Of a stretch of DNA of 64,000 nucleotides, positions 54,352 through 64,000 are shown one piece after another (the first letter of the stretch is position 1; each line of letters starts with the position of its first letter). The position numbers and the translations under genes are program-made. The notes under the pieces were generated by a model. The model ran no database searches and was not told the origin of the DNA. It saw only the letters and a list, made by a program, of their open reading frames with translations. This stretch comes from Burkholderiales bacterium (GTDB taxonomy: Bacteria; Bacillota; Clostridia; Christensenellales; SZUA-584). The stretch is from assembly GCA_050260375.1 (NCBI GenBank), contig JBLNCA010000006.1, positions 20,559-84,558 on the forward strand, in the 5' to 3' direction.

Positions 54352-55782
54352 TTATACGCGAACGTCGTCCTTTATGTCAAGGCGCCCTTCGTACTGCCGC
54401 AGCACAGGCGCTACATGGTCGTTTATAAAGTCCTGCGTCTGTACTGACGCGCAGCCCGTAAATTTATTGGGGTCCATTATCGCGTCTATCTCGGAAGGAG
54501 ACATCATAAAAGCGCTGTCCGACTTTATCTTATCGAGCAGGTCGTTGCGTTCGCCGCGTATCTTTACGCGCTCTGCCGCCTGCATAGAATACCTGCGTAT
54601 TTTTTCGTGGAGATCCTGCCTGTCTCCCCCGCGCTTCACGGCCTCCATTAGTATAGTCTCGGTAGCCATAAAGGGAAGCTCCTCTTTTATTCTGCTGCTT
54701 ATTACGTTCTCATAGACGACTAGGCCCGAAGCAACGTTAAGGTAAAGGTTAAGTATCGCGTCCGCCGCAAGAAAGCTCTGAGGCAGCACGAGCCGCCTGT
54801 TCGCGGAATCGTCGAGCGTTCTCTCAAACCACTGCGTGGAAGCCGTTACGGCGGCGTTTATTGGCATTGAGAGCAGAAACCTCGCAAGTGCGCCTATGCG
54901 TTCGCTGCGCATAGGGTTGCGCTTGTATGCCATTGCAGACGAGCCTATCTGATTCTTTTCAAACGGCTCTTCTATCTCCTTAAGGCTTTGCAGCAGCCGC
55001 AGGTCGTTGCTGAACTTATAAGCGCTCTGTGCTATTAAAGCAAGGGCATTCAGCACTATGGTGTCGAACTTTCTCGGGTATGTCTGTCCCGTGACGGCAA
55101 ACGAATCTTTAAATCCCAGCTTTTCGCATACCATTTTATCGAGCTTTTTAACTTTTTCTGCGTCGCCGTCAAACAGCGAAAGGAAGCTCGCGCCCGTGCC
55201 TGTCGTGCCTTTAGCGCCTCTTAATTTAAAGTTTTTCTTAATGTCTATTATTGCGCTTAGGTCCATCAGCAGGTCCTGTATCCATAATGTCGCGCGCTTG
55301 CCAACGGTTGTGAGCTGCGCAGGCTGAAAATGCGTAAAGCCAAGGCAGGGCATGTCCTTATAACGGAGCGCAAAGCTTGAAAGCCTGTCTATTACGCCTG
55401 CAAGCTTTATTTCAATTATGCCGAGCGCTTCGTATATTGCTATAAGGTCGGCATTGTCGCCCACGTAACAGCTCGTCGCGCCGAGGTGTATTATAGGCTT
55501 TGCCGCCGGGCACTGCTCGCCGTAAGCGTATACGTGAGCCATCACGTCGTGACGCACGGCTTTTTCCCTCTCGGCGGCGACTTCGAAGTTTATATCGCTT
55601 TCATAGCTCTTAAGCTCGGCTATCTGCTCGTCCGTTATATTGAGGCCGAGCTCTTTTTCGCATTCCGCCAGTACGATCCACAGCTTTCTCCACGTTTTGA
55701 ACTTGTTTTCGTCCGAAAAGACTTGAGCCATCTTTGTGGACGCGTACCTGGTTATCAGCGGATTTTCATATATATCATTCAT
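54352..55782 (-). CDS. purB: Adenylosuccinate lyase
   Basis: RHDVMAH, FTHFQPAQ and SSAMAYKRNP motifs. Confidence 0.97.
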   Translation of the reverse strand: MNDIYENPLITRYASTKMAQVFSDENKFKTWRKLWIVLAECEKELGLNITDEQIAELKSYESDINFEVAAEREKAVRHDVMAHVYAYGEQCPAAKPIIHLGATSCYVGDNADLIAIYEALGIIEIKLAGVIDRLSSFALRYKDMPCLGFTHFQPAQLTTVGKRATLWIQDLLMDLSAIIDIKKNFKLRGAKGTTGTGASFLSLFDGDAEKVKKLDKMVCEKLGFKDSFAVTGQTYPRKFDTIVLNALALIAQSAYKFSNDLRLLQSLKEIEEPFEKNQIGSSAMAYKRNPMRSERIGALARFLLSMPINAAVTASTQWFERTLDDSANRRLVLPQSFLAADAILNLYLNVASGLVVYENVISSRIKEELPFMATETILMEAVKRGGDRQDLHEKIRRYSMQAAERVKIRGERNDLLDKIKSDSAFMMSPSEIDAIMDPNKFTGCASVQTQDFINDHVAPVLRQYEGRLDIKDDVRV

Positions 55783-55850
55783 AATATCACCTTAACCCCG
55801 TAAAACGCCGCGGCGTATTAAACCACGTCAAAGGCCCCCGTATAAAGCTA

Positions 55851-56756
55851 TTACAGGAATTTTAATATATATTTCTCTAAATTGCCATAGCAAATTTGAG
55901 ATATCAATGTATCGTTGTAATTGCGCCGGGCCATCTCCTCGGGCAGCTTTTGAAAATCCGCGACTGAGTCAAGGCCTTCCGGCGTGCGCGCCGCTCCGCA
56001 GAAATCCGAGCCGAATCCTACGGCATGCTGTCCGCCCAGTGACAGTATGTATTCCATATGCCTCATTATATCACTTATTGAGGCTTTTATCCCTTTTAAA
56101 AACTCCGCGTAGAAGTTTATGCCGATAAACCCGCCGCAGCTTATGATGTATTCAATCTGGCTCCTCAATAGATTCCTCGGGTTGGGACGAAGCTCGTAAA
56201 CACAGGAGTGCGAAGCGCAGGGCGGATATTTGTAGATTTCAGTCGCTTCCCAGAAGCCCTGCTCGTTTATATGCGATAAATCAAGAGCCATGCGCAGTTT
56301 TGTAAGCTCTTTTATTGCCTCAATACCTTTGGGCTTTAGCCCGCCTTTGCTTAAAGCCCCATGTGCAAAATCGTTTTCCGCGTTCCATGTAAGGCTCATC
56401 ATCCTCGCTCCAAGGCCGAAAACGTGCTCTATCATATCCGTTCTGCAGTCTATAGTTTCTCCGCTCTCTACGGCAAGCACGGCCTTTATACCGGGCTTTG
56501 AAAGATGCTCTTTGCGGGTGCATAGTATCACGCGGCCTTTTGAGCAGTTTATAAAGCTGTGCATGAAGTAAAGCTGCTTCAAGCCGTTTGCGAGCCCGCC
56601 CGGATAACCCGGCTGCACGCACGCGGCGAATATCTGAAGCGCAATTCCGCCTTTCTCCATACGGTCAAGGTCCGCATGGTCGTATTCGCTGCCGTATTGA
56701 TCGGGCGTTACGTTGAATCCCGCGAAGTCGGAATGGGCGTCCGCAATCCGAAACAT
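55851..56756 (-). CDS. Membrane dipeptidase family (M19) protein
   Basis: DAHSD, SLTWN, DLSH, ASHS..RNL and GSDFCG motifs. Confidence 0.88.
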   Translation of the reverse strand: MFRIADAHSDFAGFNVTPDQYGSEYDHADLDRMEKGGIALQIFAACVQPGYPGGLANGLKQLYFMHSFINCSKGRVILCTRKEHLSKPGIKAVLAVESGETIDCRTDMIEHVFGLGARMMSLTWNAENDFAHGALSKGGLKPKGIEAIKELTKLRMALDLSHINEQGFWEATEIYKYPPCASHSCVYELRPNPRNLLRSQIEYIISCGGFIGINFYAEFLKGIKASISDIMRHMEYILSLGGQHAVGFGSDFCGAARTPEGLDSVADFQKLPEEMARRNYNDTLISQICYGNLEKYILKFL

Positions 56757-56804
56757 AATATCCCCTTTATAACCTTTCGCTTAAAGATTATATGTATCAG
56801 GCAT

Positions 56805-56841
56805 AATTAAAAGAAGAGCCAATCTTGGCTCCTCTTTAATT
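56805..56841 (-). terminator. Terminator-like hairpin after rny
   Basis: aaagaagagcca-atct-tggctcctcttt. Confidence 0.6.
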
Positions 56842-58378
56842 ACTTCGCATAATCTACCGATCTTGTTTCCCGGATAACGTTTACCTTTATCTGTCCGGGG
56901 TAATCCAGATCCTTTTCGATCTTCTTTACTATGTCCTTTGCCATAAGATGCATTCCTGCATCGTCCACGTCTTCGGGTTTGACGAGTATTCGTACTTCTC
57001 TGCCCGCCTGTATGGCGTAGCACTTTTCAACACCCGCAAATGAATTAGCGATTTCTTCCAAAGCTTCCAAGCGTTTTATGTAATTTTCGAGAGTTTCCCT
57101 TCTTGCACCCGGCCTTGCGGCTGAAATTGCGTCAGCCGACTGAACAAGCACAGCTTCAACTGTCTGAGGCTCAATATCGCCGTGATGCGCCTGTATGCAG
57201 TGCACGACGTCGTTGCTTTCCCTGTATTTTCTCGCAAGATCGGCGCCTATCTGTATATGAGGCCCTTCAACCTCGTGGTCGACAGCCTTTCCTATATCAT
57301 GCAATAGACCGCCGCGCTTTGCGAGTTTTACGTTCGCGCCGAGCTCGGCTGCCATCACAGCCGCGAGATGCGCCACTTCCAGCGAATGCTTAAGCACATT
57401 CTGGCCATAGCTGGTACGGTATTTCAACCTGCCGAGCAATTTAATGATTTCCGGATGAAGGTTATGTATTCCCGTCTCAAAAGCGGCCTGCTCGCCGGCG
57501 TCATGTATCTCTTTTTCAACTTCTTTTTTGGCTTTCTTCACCATCTCCTCAATGCGAGCCGGGTGAATTCTGCCGTCGATAATCAGTTTTTCAAGAGCGA
57601 TCCTTGCTATTTCCCTGCGTATAGGATCGAACCCGGATAGTATAACCGCTTCCGGAGTATCGTCTATGATAAGATCTATTCCCGTAGCCGTCTCCAGAGC
57701 GCGTATGTTGCGACCTTCTCTTCCGATTATCCTGCCCTTCATTTCGTCGCTGGGCAGCGACACAACCGATACCGTGTTTTCAGCGACATGGTCTGCCGCG
57801 TACTTTTGTATAGCGTTGGATATTATCTCACGCGATTTCCTGTCGGCTTCTTCTTTTGCCTTCGCCTCGATTTCCCTCACGTAAACGGCCATTTCGCGCC
57901 TTGTTTCCTGCTCGACCTTCTCAAGCAAAATCTCTTTTGCTTCGTCTGACGTCATGCCGGAAATTTTCTCAAGCTGTTCTATCTGCTGCTTGATTATTTG
58001 ATCAATATCTTCTTTGCTTTTCGTTACTTCTTTAAGCCGCTTATTGACCTGCTCTTCCTTCGCTTCTACGCTTGCAATTTTTTTGTCCAGCATTTCCTCA
58101 CGCTGGACGAGCCTTCTCTCGATCCTTTGTATCTCGTTACGCCGTTCCTTGGACTCTTTTTCAAATTCGCTTCTCAAAACGTGGATTTCTTCTTTGGCTT
58201 CAAGAACTGTTTCCTTCTTTACCGCTTCAGCCTTCTTCTGAGCTTCCGACAAAAGCTTTTTAACGGAATCTTCGGCTCTGCCAACCTTTGCTTCAGCAAC
58301 GTTTCTTCTGTATATATAACCGATAAACGTTCCGATAACTATCGCGGCTAGAGGCAGTACTATCAGCAAGATGTCCAC
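56840..58378 (-). CDS. rny: Ribonuclease Y
   Basis: N-terminal TM segment, coiled coil, KH domain ([13 protein letters not shown]), HD domain (LLHDIGK); promoter TTGACA-17-TAAAAT at 58571-58599. Confidence 0.98.
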   Translation of the reverse strand: MDILLIVLPLAAIVIGTFIGYIYRRNVAEAKVGRAEDSVKKLLSEAQKKAEAVKKETVLEAKEEIHVLRSEFEKESKERRNEIQRIERRLVQREEMLDKKIASVEAKEEQVNKRLKEVTKSKEDIDQIIKQQIEQLEKISGMTSDEAKEILLEKVEQETRREMAVYVREIEAKAKEEADRKSREIISNAIQKYAADHVAENTVSVVSLPSDEMKGRIIGREGRNIRALETATGIDLIIDDTPEAVILSGFDPIRREIARIALEKLIIDGRIHPARIEEMVKKAKKEVEKEIHDAGEQAAFETGIHNLHPEIIKLLGRLKYRTSYGQNVLKHSLEVAHLAAVMAAELGANVKLAKRGGLLHDIGKAVDHEVEGPHIQIGADLARKYRESNDVVHCIQAHHGDIEPQTVEAVLVQSADAISAARPGARRETLENYIKRLEALEEIANSFAGVEKCYAIQAGREVRILVKPEDVDDAGMHLMAKDIVKKIEKDLDYPGQIKVNVIRETRSVDYAK

Positions 58379-58600
58379 TTAAATTGATGCACCTCCTTAT
58401 TAAGTTTTCATGCAAATATCCCGTCTTTATACGATATATCTGCGCATAGCCGCCGCTTTCAAAAACCTTTATAATAAAAAAGATTCCCTGAATGCGGCAT
58501 AGAGATTGCTAATTATGAAAAATCTACAAAATGAAAACAATAATAAATCCTCATAATAGAAACCCTTTTAATTTTATTATCAACGGTGAGTTTTGTCAAG

Positions 58601-59473
58601 TCAGCCTGCGCCTGCATCCGAACTTTCATCGTACTGTTTTGATTTTTTGTATGTGATTAACGCCATCGCGAAACAGGCTATAGCAATTATCGGGTAATAA
58701 ATCCTAAAACCTGTTACCAGCGGCCATGCGGTTACCACCGCCCCGCATATTATATAGCCTTTAACTTTTGCCCTGCTGAACGCGGATTCCTTGACTTTTT
58801 CCAGCGTCACTATCGTTGCGTTCATCTCTTTCTGGGCGTTTTCCTCCGCCTCGGCTTCGTTGGGAAGCATGCCCTTTTCTTCCGCTATCTCTAAAAGGCG
58901 CATCCCACCTATTATTTCGACGCTTTTTGGCGCTGCGGAAAGCATCGTTTTCGCTTCGCCGCTGAATTCGGCGAGAGAAAGCAGCATGAACTTATCTTCA
59001 TTTTCAAATAGCCGGTATACTTTTAATGCGACGTTTACTGAACATTCCTTGCCCGGATGGTTGTGCAGCGCATAAAGCGCCTCTCCCTCATACGACCCGT
59101 AAAAGCCGTCTTCGGCCTTGTTTATGTTTGTGATTTTCCCGTCAAACATGCTGTTTATGTAAGCCGCATATTCGTCAGGCCCCATAAACGTCAGCTTTTC
59201 AAGCAGGCATTTTTGCTTGATTCTCAGCAGGTCTTTAGCTATATACTTCTCGACTTTTTGTTTGTTGTATACCGCAGCCGCCAAACTGGCCGCCGCGTTG
59301 AGAAAAAACGAAATAAGCAATGCCACGGTAGTAGAAAGGCTTAGGTACAATACTATCACGAATATGATAAAAAACAGGAACGCCCTTAAAAATATGAAGT
59401 CAACTGTTCTTGCGACAAGCGTTCTTCCGCCGCGCATTTTCTTTTTATAGTATTTTAATAGCCTTGTGTTCAT
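58601..59473 (-). CDS. Hypothetical membrane protein
   Basis: GAGGGG RBS before ATG 59473; TM pairs at both ends around a soluble domain. Confidence 0.7.
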   Translation of the reverse strand: MNTRLLKYYKKKMRGGRTLVARTVDFIFLRAFLFFIIFVIVLYLSLSTTVALLISFFLNAAASLAAAVYNKQKVEKYIAKDLLRIKQKCLLEKLTFMGPDEYAAYINSMFDGKITNINKAEDGFYGSYEGEALYALHNHPGKECSVNVALKVYRLFENEDKFMLLSLAEFSGEAKTMLSAAPKSVEIIGGMRLLEIAEEKGMLPNEAEAEENAQKEMNATIVTLEKVKESAFSRAKVKGYIICGAVVTAWPLVTGFRIYYPIIAIACFAMALITYKKSKQYDESSDAGAG

Positions 59474-59581
59474 ACTATCACCCCTCGTAAATATTGTTGC
59501 CACAATATTATTTTGTATACTTGCACAACTTGTCATAAATTTGCAGGCGGTGTATAATAATAAAAACATGAAAGGGGTTCT

Positions 59582-60253
59582 ATGGAGTATTTTTCCGAGT
59601 TCTCCGGGCTGGAAACGGAGAGCGCTCTGCTTAAACAGAATAGAATAGGCATACTCGGCGGCACGTTCAACCCTGTGCATAACGGCCACATTGCGATAGC
59701 CAATATCGCTTTATACGAGTTTTTGCTGGGAGAAGTCGTATTCCTTCCGTTAGGAACACCCCCTCATAAAAAAGATGAATATATAGCCCCGCCTGAGCAC
59801 CGGCTTGAGATGGTAAAACTCGCGATACAAGGCGAGCCGCGTTTTTCGGTAAGCACACTGGAAATTTTCCGCGAGGGATATACTTATACCGTCGATACGC
59901 TGGAGATACTCGCGCGCGAAAACAAAAACGCCGAATATTATTATATTATAGGCGCGGATACTATTTTTGAGCTTAAATCCTGGAGAAACTACGAGCGCGT
60001 TTTCTGCCTTACGAATTTTATCTGCGTGCTTCGCCCCGGCCAGGACGATAAGCGCGTTAAGGCGTACGCCGACGCTCTTAACGAAACTTACGGGTATAAG
60101 TTTTTTGTCGCGCAGGAGAAAGGCCCCGATATATCTTCGTCGTACATAAGGGAAATTGCCGCAACGCGCAGGCCGAACGGCCTTGTTCCGGACAGCGTGG
60201 CAAGGTACATCGAAATGAACCGCGTATACGCTAATACCTTTCAAAACGAATGA
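59582..60253 (+). CDS. nadD: Nicotinate-nucleotide adenylyltransferase
   Basis: GGTFNPVHNGH, YTVDTL, IIGAD and ISSSYIR motifs; promoter TTGTCA-17-TATAAT at 59530-59558. Confidence 0.95.
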   Translation: MEYFSEFSGLETESALLKQNRIGILGGTFNPVHNGHIAIANIALYEFLLGEVVFLPLGTPPHKKDEYIAPPEHRLEMVKLAIQGEPRFSVSTLEIFREGYTYTVDTLEILARENKNAEYYYIIGADTIFELKSWRNYERVFCLTNFICVLRPGQDDKRVKAYADALNETYGYKFFVAQEKGPDISSSYIREIAATRRPNGLVPDSVARYIEMNRVYANTFQNE

Positions 60254-60280
60254 CGATTAATATTATAGCAAGAGGAACTG

Positions 60281-60859
60281 ATGGAACAAAACATTGACAG
60301 CCTGACATTGTTCGTTAAAAATAGGATAAATGAAAAGCGTTATCTGCACTCCCTGGGAACCGCAAAAGAGGCCGCCGAGCTGGCAAGGAAATACGGCGCC
60401 GACGAAAACAAGGCTTATATAGCAGGATTATTGCACGACGTCGCCAAAGGCCTGTCCGCAGATTCTTTAAAGGCGATAGCCGCTGAAAACGGAATTGAAG
60501 TGGACGAACACGAGGCAAACAACCCCGAACTCTTGCACGGTAAAGTGGGAGCCGCTATAGTAAGCAGAGAACTCGGCATAAATGACGAAGCTATACTGTC
60601 GGCGATAAAATGGCATACCACCGGCCATAGAAATATGACGCTTTTGGAAAAGATAATATATCTTGCGGATATAATAGAACCCGGGAGGAACTTTCCCGAA
60701 ACGGACGCGCTCAGAGCGCTGGCGTATAAGGATTTGGACGAAGCGATGCTTAAAGGGCTAGGGCATGTAATGCGGTTTGTAAAAGCAAGAGGCCTGACGC
60801 TGCATCCAAACAGCATCGAGGCATATGAATTTATCAAAATGGCGGAGGAGAAAAAGTAG
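60281..60859 (+). CDS. yqeK: HD-domain Ap4A hydrolase YqeK
   Basis: RYLHS, LLHDVAK, HTTG and YLADIIEPGR motifs; lies between nadD and rsfS. Confidence 0.93.
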   Translation: MEQNIDSLTLFVKNRINEKRYLHSLGTAKEAAELARKYGADENKAYIAGLLHDVAKGLSADSLKAIAAENGIEVDEHEANNPELLHGKVGAAIVSRELGINDEAILSAIKWHTTGHRNMTLLEKIIYLADIIEPGRNFPETDALRALAYKDLDEAMLKGLGHVMRFVKARGLTLHPNSIEAYEFIKMAEEKK

Positions 60860-60860
60860 T

Positions 60861-61271
60861 TTGAAGTATAGTGATAAAGTGATTAATATCGCAAAACAGC
60901 TGTTTATGAAGAAGGCTGAAGACGTTAAGGTAATCAATGTGTCTGACTTGACGATAATAGCCGATTATTTCATTATCGCCAGCGGCCGGTCGGACGTGCA
61001 TGTAAAGTCGCTGTGCGACGAAGTGCAGAAATACATGTTTGAAGCGGGCGCCACGCAGCTGCGTCTGGAGGGCTACCGCGAGGGCAGATGGATTGTCATA
61101 GATTATGGAGATATATTGATACACATTTTCCACAGGAACGAAAGGGAGTTTTACGGGCTTGAACGCCTTTGGACTGACGGAACCAACTCGCTCGATATAA
61201 CCGAAGAGATGGTGGCGGATGAGGCAGCCGTATCGAATAAAAAGCAGGCCGCGGTAAGTCTGCACACATAA
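60861..61271 (+). CDS. rsfS: Ribosome silencing factor
   Basis: KKAEDV, ADYFIIASG, WIVIDYGD and REFYGLERLW motifs. Confidence 0.95.
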   Translation: MKYSDKVINIAKQLFMKKAEDVKVINVSDLTIIADYFIIASGRSDVHVKSLCDEVQKYMFEAGATQLRLEGYREGRWIVIDYGDILIHIFHRNEREFYGLERLWTDGTNSLDITEEMVADEAAVSNKKQAAVSLHT

Positions 61272-61304
61272 GTATTATGGCTTGGTTTTATGGGGACTTC
61301 CTGA

Positions 61305-61346
61305 TTTACACCCCAAAAAGCCTCACGCCTTTTTGGGGACCCCGTA
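61305..61346 (-). repeat. Consensus-like copy of the palindromic repeat family
   Basis: Minus strand tacggggt-ccccaaaaag-gcgtgagg-ctttttgggg-tgtaaa; partial copy at about 61287-61304. Confidence 0.9.
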
Positions 61347-61351
61347 TATAT

Positions 61352-61386
61352 AAAAGAGCGCGCAAGCTGCGCGCTCTTTGCTTTTT
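61352..61386. terminator. Bidirectional terminator
   Basis: aaagagcgcgca-agc-tgcgcgctcttt between convergent genes. Confidence 0.75.
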
Positions 61387-61418
61387 ACAATAGCTTACTA
61401 TTACATGAACCGGCCTGT

Positions 61419-62888
61419 TTAAAATACTCTTCTTGCTAAGACGAAGTGCGACTTCCAGTAGGACGTTGTGCATGAGCGCAACACTACTTTTCCTGCGCCG
61501 GACGACGCGTCTATCATCTGCCCGTTGCCTATGTATATGCCCACATGGTGCGGCTTAAAGTACATTATATCGCCGGGCTGGAGATCGCTCATGCTCGAAA
61601 TCTTTGGCAGCGAACTATCCCTCCATCCCGCGGAAGTCATATATCTTATCTTGTAGCCTACGCTGTTGAGGCAGTAGTATACGAATCCCGAGCAGTCGAA
61701 CTGGTTCGGGCCTTTGCCCCCGCGCACATACTTCGAGCCCTGCAGCGTTTTTGCGAACTCGATAAGAGCGCTGACGGACGCCCCGTCCGGATTGGGCACG
61801 AACGTAGGTTTGCTCGGTGGAGGATCTGCAGAACCCGAGCCGGAGCCGCCGGAACTTGTACCCGGTTTCGAGGTTTTAGTCGCAGGCTTGGGCTTAGGCG
61901 CCTCTTTTGCGTCTTCCGAGAAAAGAACTTCACGAGTCATCGAGCCTACCGAACCGTCGGCGGTCAGCCCGTTTCTTTTCTGGAAATCCTTAACGGCTTT
62001 TTCCGTGTCGGTGCCGAAATAGCCTGAGGCTTTTGCTTTAAGATACCCGAGCTCCTTAAGGCGCTCCTGAAGGAGTTGGACGTCAGATCCCCTGTCGTCA
62101 AGCTTTACGGTGTAAGGCTTTGCGTCGCTTGAAAACAGCACGGTCAGCGTATTGGCGCCGGCAATGCCGTCCACCTGAAGGTTGTGCTTCCTCTGGAAAA
62201 GCTGAAGCGAATAAGCCGTGATTGGCCCGTAATAATCCGTCGGTTCATCGGGCTCCATATAATCCAGCTCCATAAGGCGTTGTTGTATCTCTATTATCCT
62301 TACATCGTGGCATCCGGGCACAAGATCGGGTATATCGGGCGCCGTTGTCGGTATTGGCGTCGGGGAAGGCGTTATTGAAGGCTCGGGCGTTTCGGAAGGC
62401 TCGCTTATAAGGCCTGATTCTGCGCCGCTTACCCCGCCCTTAACGCTCTCGGCAACGTTTAAGGAAACATATTGGGGGGTATTTGCGGGCTCTTCGCTGC
62501 CGGGAGCCGTTCCGTCGCTCGATGCGTATACGTTGTTGCCTTTGCCGGGCAAAGATACTGAAAGCACTACGGTGATTAAAACGACCAAAGCGCAGGCGCT
62601 TATAATTACCCGCCTGTCTTTCCATAAAGGCTTTTTATTTGCGTTAACCCGCGTTTCGGCCGCGCTTTCTCCGGCCGGCTTGACGAACGGAATCCGCTTG
62701 TTTCTGCCGCGGTTTTTAAGCTCCATCCTGCTGGTTACAGGCTGGGTTTTGACGATATTTGCGGCTTTTTTGGGCCGCTGAGATTTATATGCTGCCCTTA
62801 AGCGCTTGACAATATTACGCTTGGCTTTAACCAGCGGATATATGGCTTTTATAATAAATCTGCATACGGCGATCAGGGTTTTTTTCAT
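61419..62888 (-). CDS. Membrane-anchored NlpC/P60 peptidoglycan endopeptidase with two PG_binding_1 domains
   Basis: TM segment, two FQ(R/K)..L..DG repeats, FDCSGFVYY and HVGIYIG motifs. Confidence 0.9.
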   Translation of the reverse strand: MKKTLIAVCRFIIKAIYPLVKAKRNIVKRLRAAYKSQRPKKAANIVKTQPVTSRMELKNRGRNKRIPFVKPAGESAAETRVNANKKPLWKDRRVIISACALVVLITVVLSVSLPGKGNNVYASSDGTAPGSEEPANTPQYVSLNVAESVKGGVSGAESGLISEPSETPEPSITPSPTPIPTTAPDIPDLVPGCHDVRIIEIQQRLMELDYMEPDEPTDYYGPITAYSLQLFQRKHNLQVDGIAGANTLTVLFSSDAKPYTVKLDDRGSDVQLLQERLKELGYLKAKASGYFGTDTEKAVKDFQKRNGLTADGSVGSMTREVLFSEDAKEAPKPKPATKTSKPGTSSGGSGSGSADPPPSKPTFVPNPDGASVSALIEFAKTLQGSKYVRGGKGPNQFDCSGFVYYCLNSVGYKIRYMTSAGWRDSSLPKISSMSDLQPGDIMYFKPHHVGIYIGNGQMIDASSGAGKVVLRSCTTSYWKSHFVLARRVF

Positions 62889-63023
62889 TAGTTATGCCTC
62901 ATAGATTTCTTGTCGGTTGTAACACTATTGTAACATTCGTAATTTATTAATAATATTATACAACGAAACGGCGATTATGCAACCCCTTTTTATATATTAC
63001 TATAAAAACCCAATTAAATCAAA

Positions 63024-63059
63024 GCCCCAGGCAAACCGCAAGACTTGCCAGGGCGTAAA
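63024..63059 (+). repeat. Degenerate copy of the palindromic repeat family
   Basis: gccccaggcaaacc-gcaa-gacttgccagggcgtaaa. Confidence 0.55.
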
Positions 63060-63071
63060 ATAAAACTCATA

Positions 63072-63740
63072 TTACGAGTCGTTCCGGTACTTTTCCATCA
63101 GATGCCTGAAAATCTCGGCAGTCGAGGGCGGCGTATATGTGATAGCGTTTGCCCCGGCTTCTATCGTATTCATAATCGTTTCGTCGTCAGGCCCGCCGGT
63201 AGCTATTATGGGCACATAAGGGAAGTTTTCGCGTATCTTCCTTACAACGGCGGCAGTCCTGGACGCGCAGGAGACATTCAATATCGTTGCGCCCGACTCC
63301 AGCCTTTGCTCGACATCCATATCGGCCGTAGCTACGGTTACGACTACGGGTATGTCTATCCTGTCGGCAAGCTTCCTTACTATATCGTTGGCAGTCGGCG
63401 CGTTTACCACAACACCTATTGCCCCCTGAAACTCCGCGTCCATCGCAAGGTTAACCACCCGTTTGCCCATAGTCGTTCCCCCGCCTACGCCACAGAACAC
63501 AGGGACGTCGCTTGCCGATATTATCGCATGCGTTATTATGGGCTGAGGCGTAAACGGATAAACGGCCAGTACGGCGTTCGCATTGCAGTTCTTTATCAGC
63601 GCGACGTCCGTCGAAAACAGCAGCGACTTTATCAGCCTGCCGAATATCCTAATACCGCTGGCGCTGTTTATTACTTCCGGAACCTTCACCATGTGCTTGC
63701 GCAGGTTTCCGTATATTTCAGGCGTGTAGCTATCCGGCAT
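63072..63740 (-). CDS. Conserved hypothetical phosphate-binding TIM-barrel-like protein
   Basis: AVYPFTP, GVGGGTT and PIIATGG..AGANAITY motifs; GGAGG RBS. Confidence 0.65.
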   Translation of the reverse strand: MPDSYTPEIYGNLRKHMVKVPEVINSASGIRIFGRLIKSLLFSTDVALIKNCNANAVLAVYPFTPQPIITHAIISASDVPVFCGVGGGTTMGKRVVNLAMDAEFQGAIGVVVNAPTANDIVRKLADRIDIPVVVTVATADMDVEQRLESGATILNVSCASRTAAVVRKIRENFPYVPIIATGGPDDETIMNTIEAGANAITYTPPSTAEIFRHLMEKYRNDS

Positions 63741-63832
63741 ACATACCTCCTGTTATCCGACTACCCGGATATTTAATCTCAGCAAGGCAAAAAAAGCTAT
63801 ACTCTAAAAGGATACCACAAACGCGTCGAGAA

Positions 63833-64000
63833 TCAACTGTTGAAAATTGAGGATTGTTGTATATATATGTCGTAATCTCTTTGGCTGAAACAAACGAAGT
63901 AAACTTTTTGAAGAACGCTTTGCGGATATTTTTCGAGCATGCGCTTTACCGCGCCGCACGCCACTGCCGCCGCCTTTTCAATGGGATATCCGTATACTCC
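63833..64000 (-). CDS. Macro-domain protein (O-acetyl-ADP-ribose deacetylase-like), 3' part only
   Basis: Hand translation GVYGYPIEKAAAVACGAVKRMLEKYPQSVLQKVYFVCFSQRDYDIY...stop; GVYGYP and VYFVCF are macro-domain hallmarks. Not in the supplied ORF track. Confidence 0.8.
   Translation of the reverse strand, partial: GVYGYPIEKAAAVACGAVKRMLEKYPQSVLQKVYFVCFSQRDYDIYIQQSSIFNS

Noticed and set aside
18798..61346. The 42-bp repeats as a CRISPR array
   Set aside because: Copies are dispersed or directly abutting, with no unique spacers of regular length, and there are no cas genes in the window.

Overview
A 64-kb window from a Clostridia-like (Bacillota), probably spore-forming, chromosome. It is mostly housekeeping: ispH-rpsA fusion, polA-coaE, T-box-pheST, zapA, scpAB, dacB-like, rluB, gap, an 8-tRNA operon, miaB, mutSL-miaA-hfq, lexA, rnhA-proC, tRNA-Trp, purB, rny and nadD-yqeK-rsfS. 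An accessory sugar sensing/uptake/catabolism block (about 24-39 kb) lies next to the 3' end of the tRNA operon. Three observations stand out. (1) A 347-aa stand-alone tyrosine recombinase has a near-perfect 11-6-11 dif-like palindrome 14 bp upstream of its start, about 2 kb from where gene orientation flips from mostly + to mostly -. This is a candidate single-recombinase (XerS/XerH-style) chromosome-dimer resolution system. (2) A dispersed, covarying ~42-bp palindromic repeat family (TACGGGGTCCCC-stem-loop-GGGGTGT) has roughly 17-20 full or partial copies. (3) Three tandem copies of that repeat sit in frame inside the MutL linker. All calls come from reading the sequence and ORF translations by eye; no searches or computations were run.
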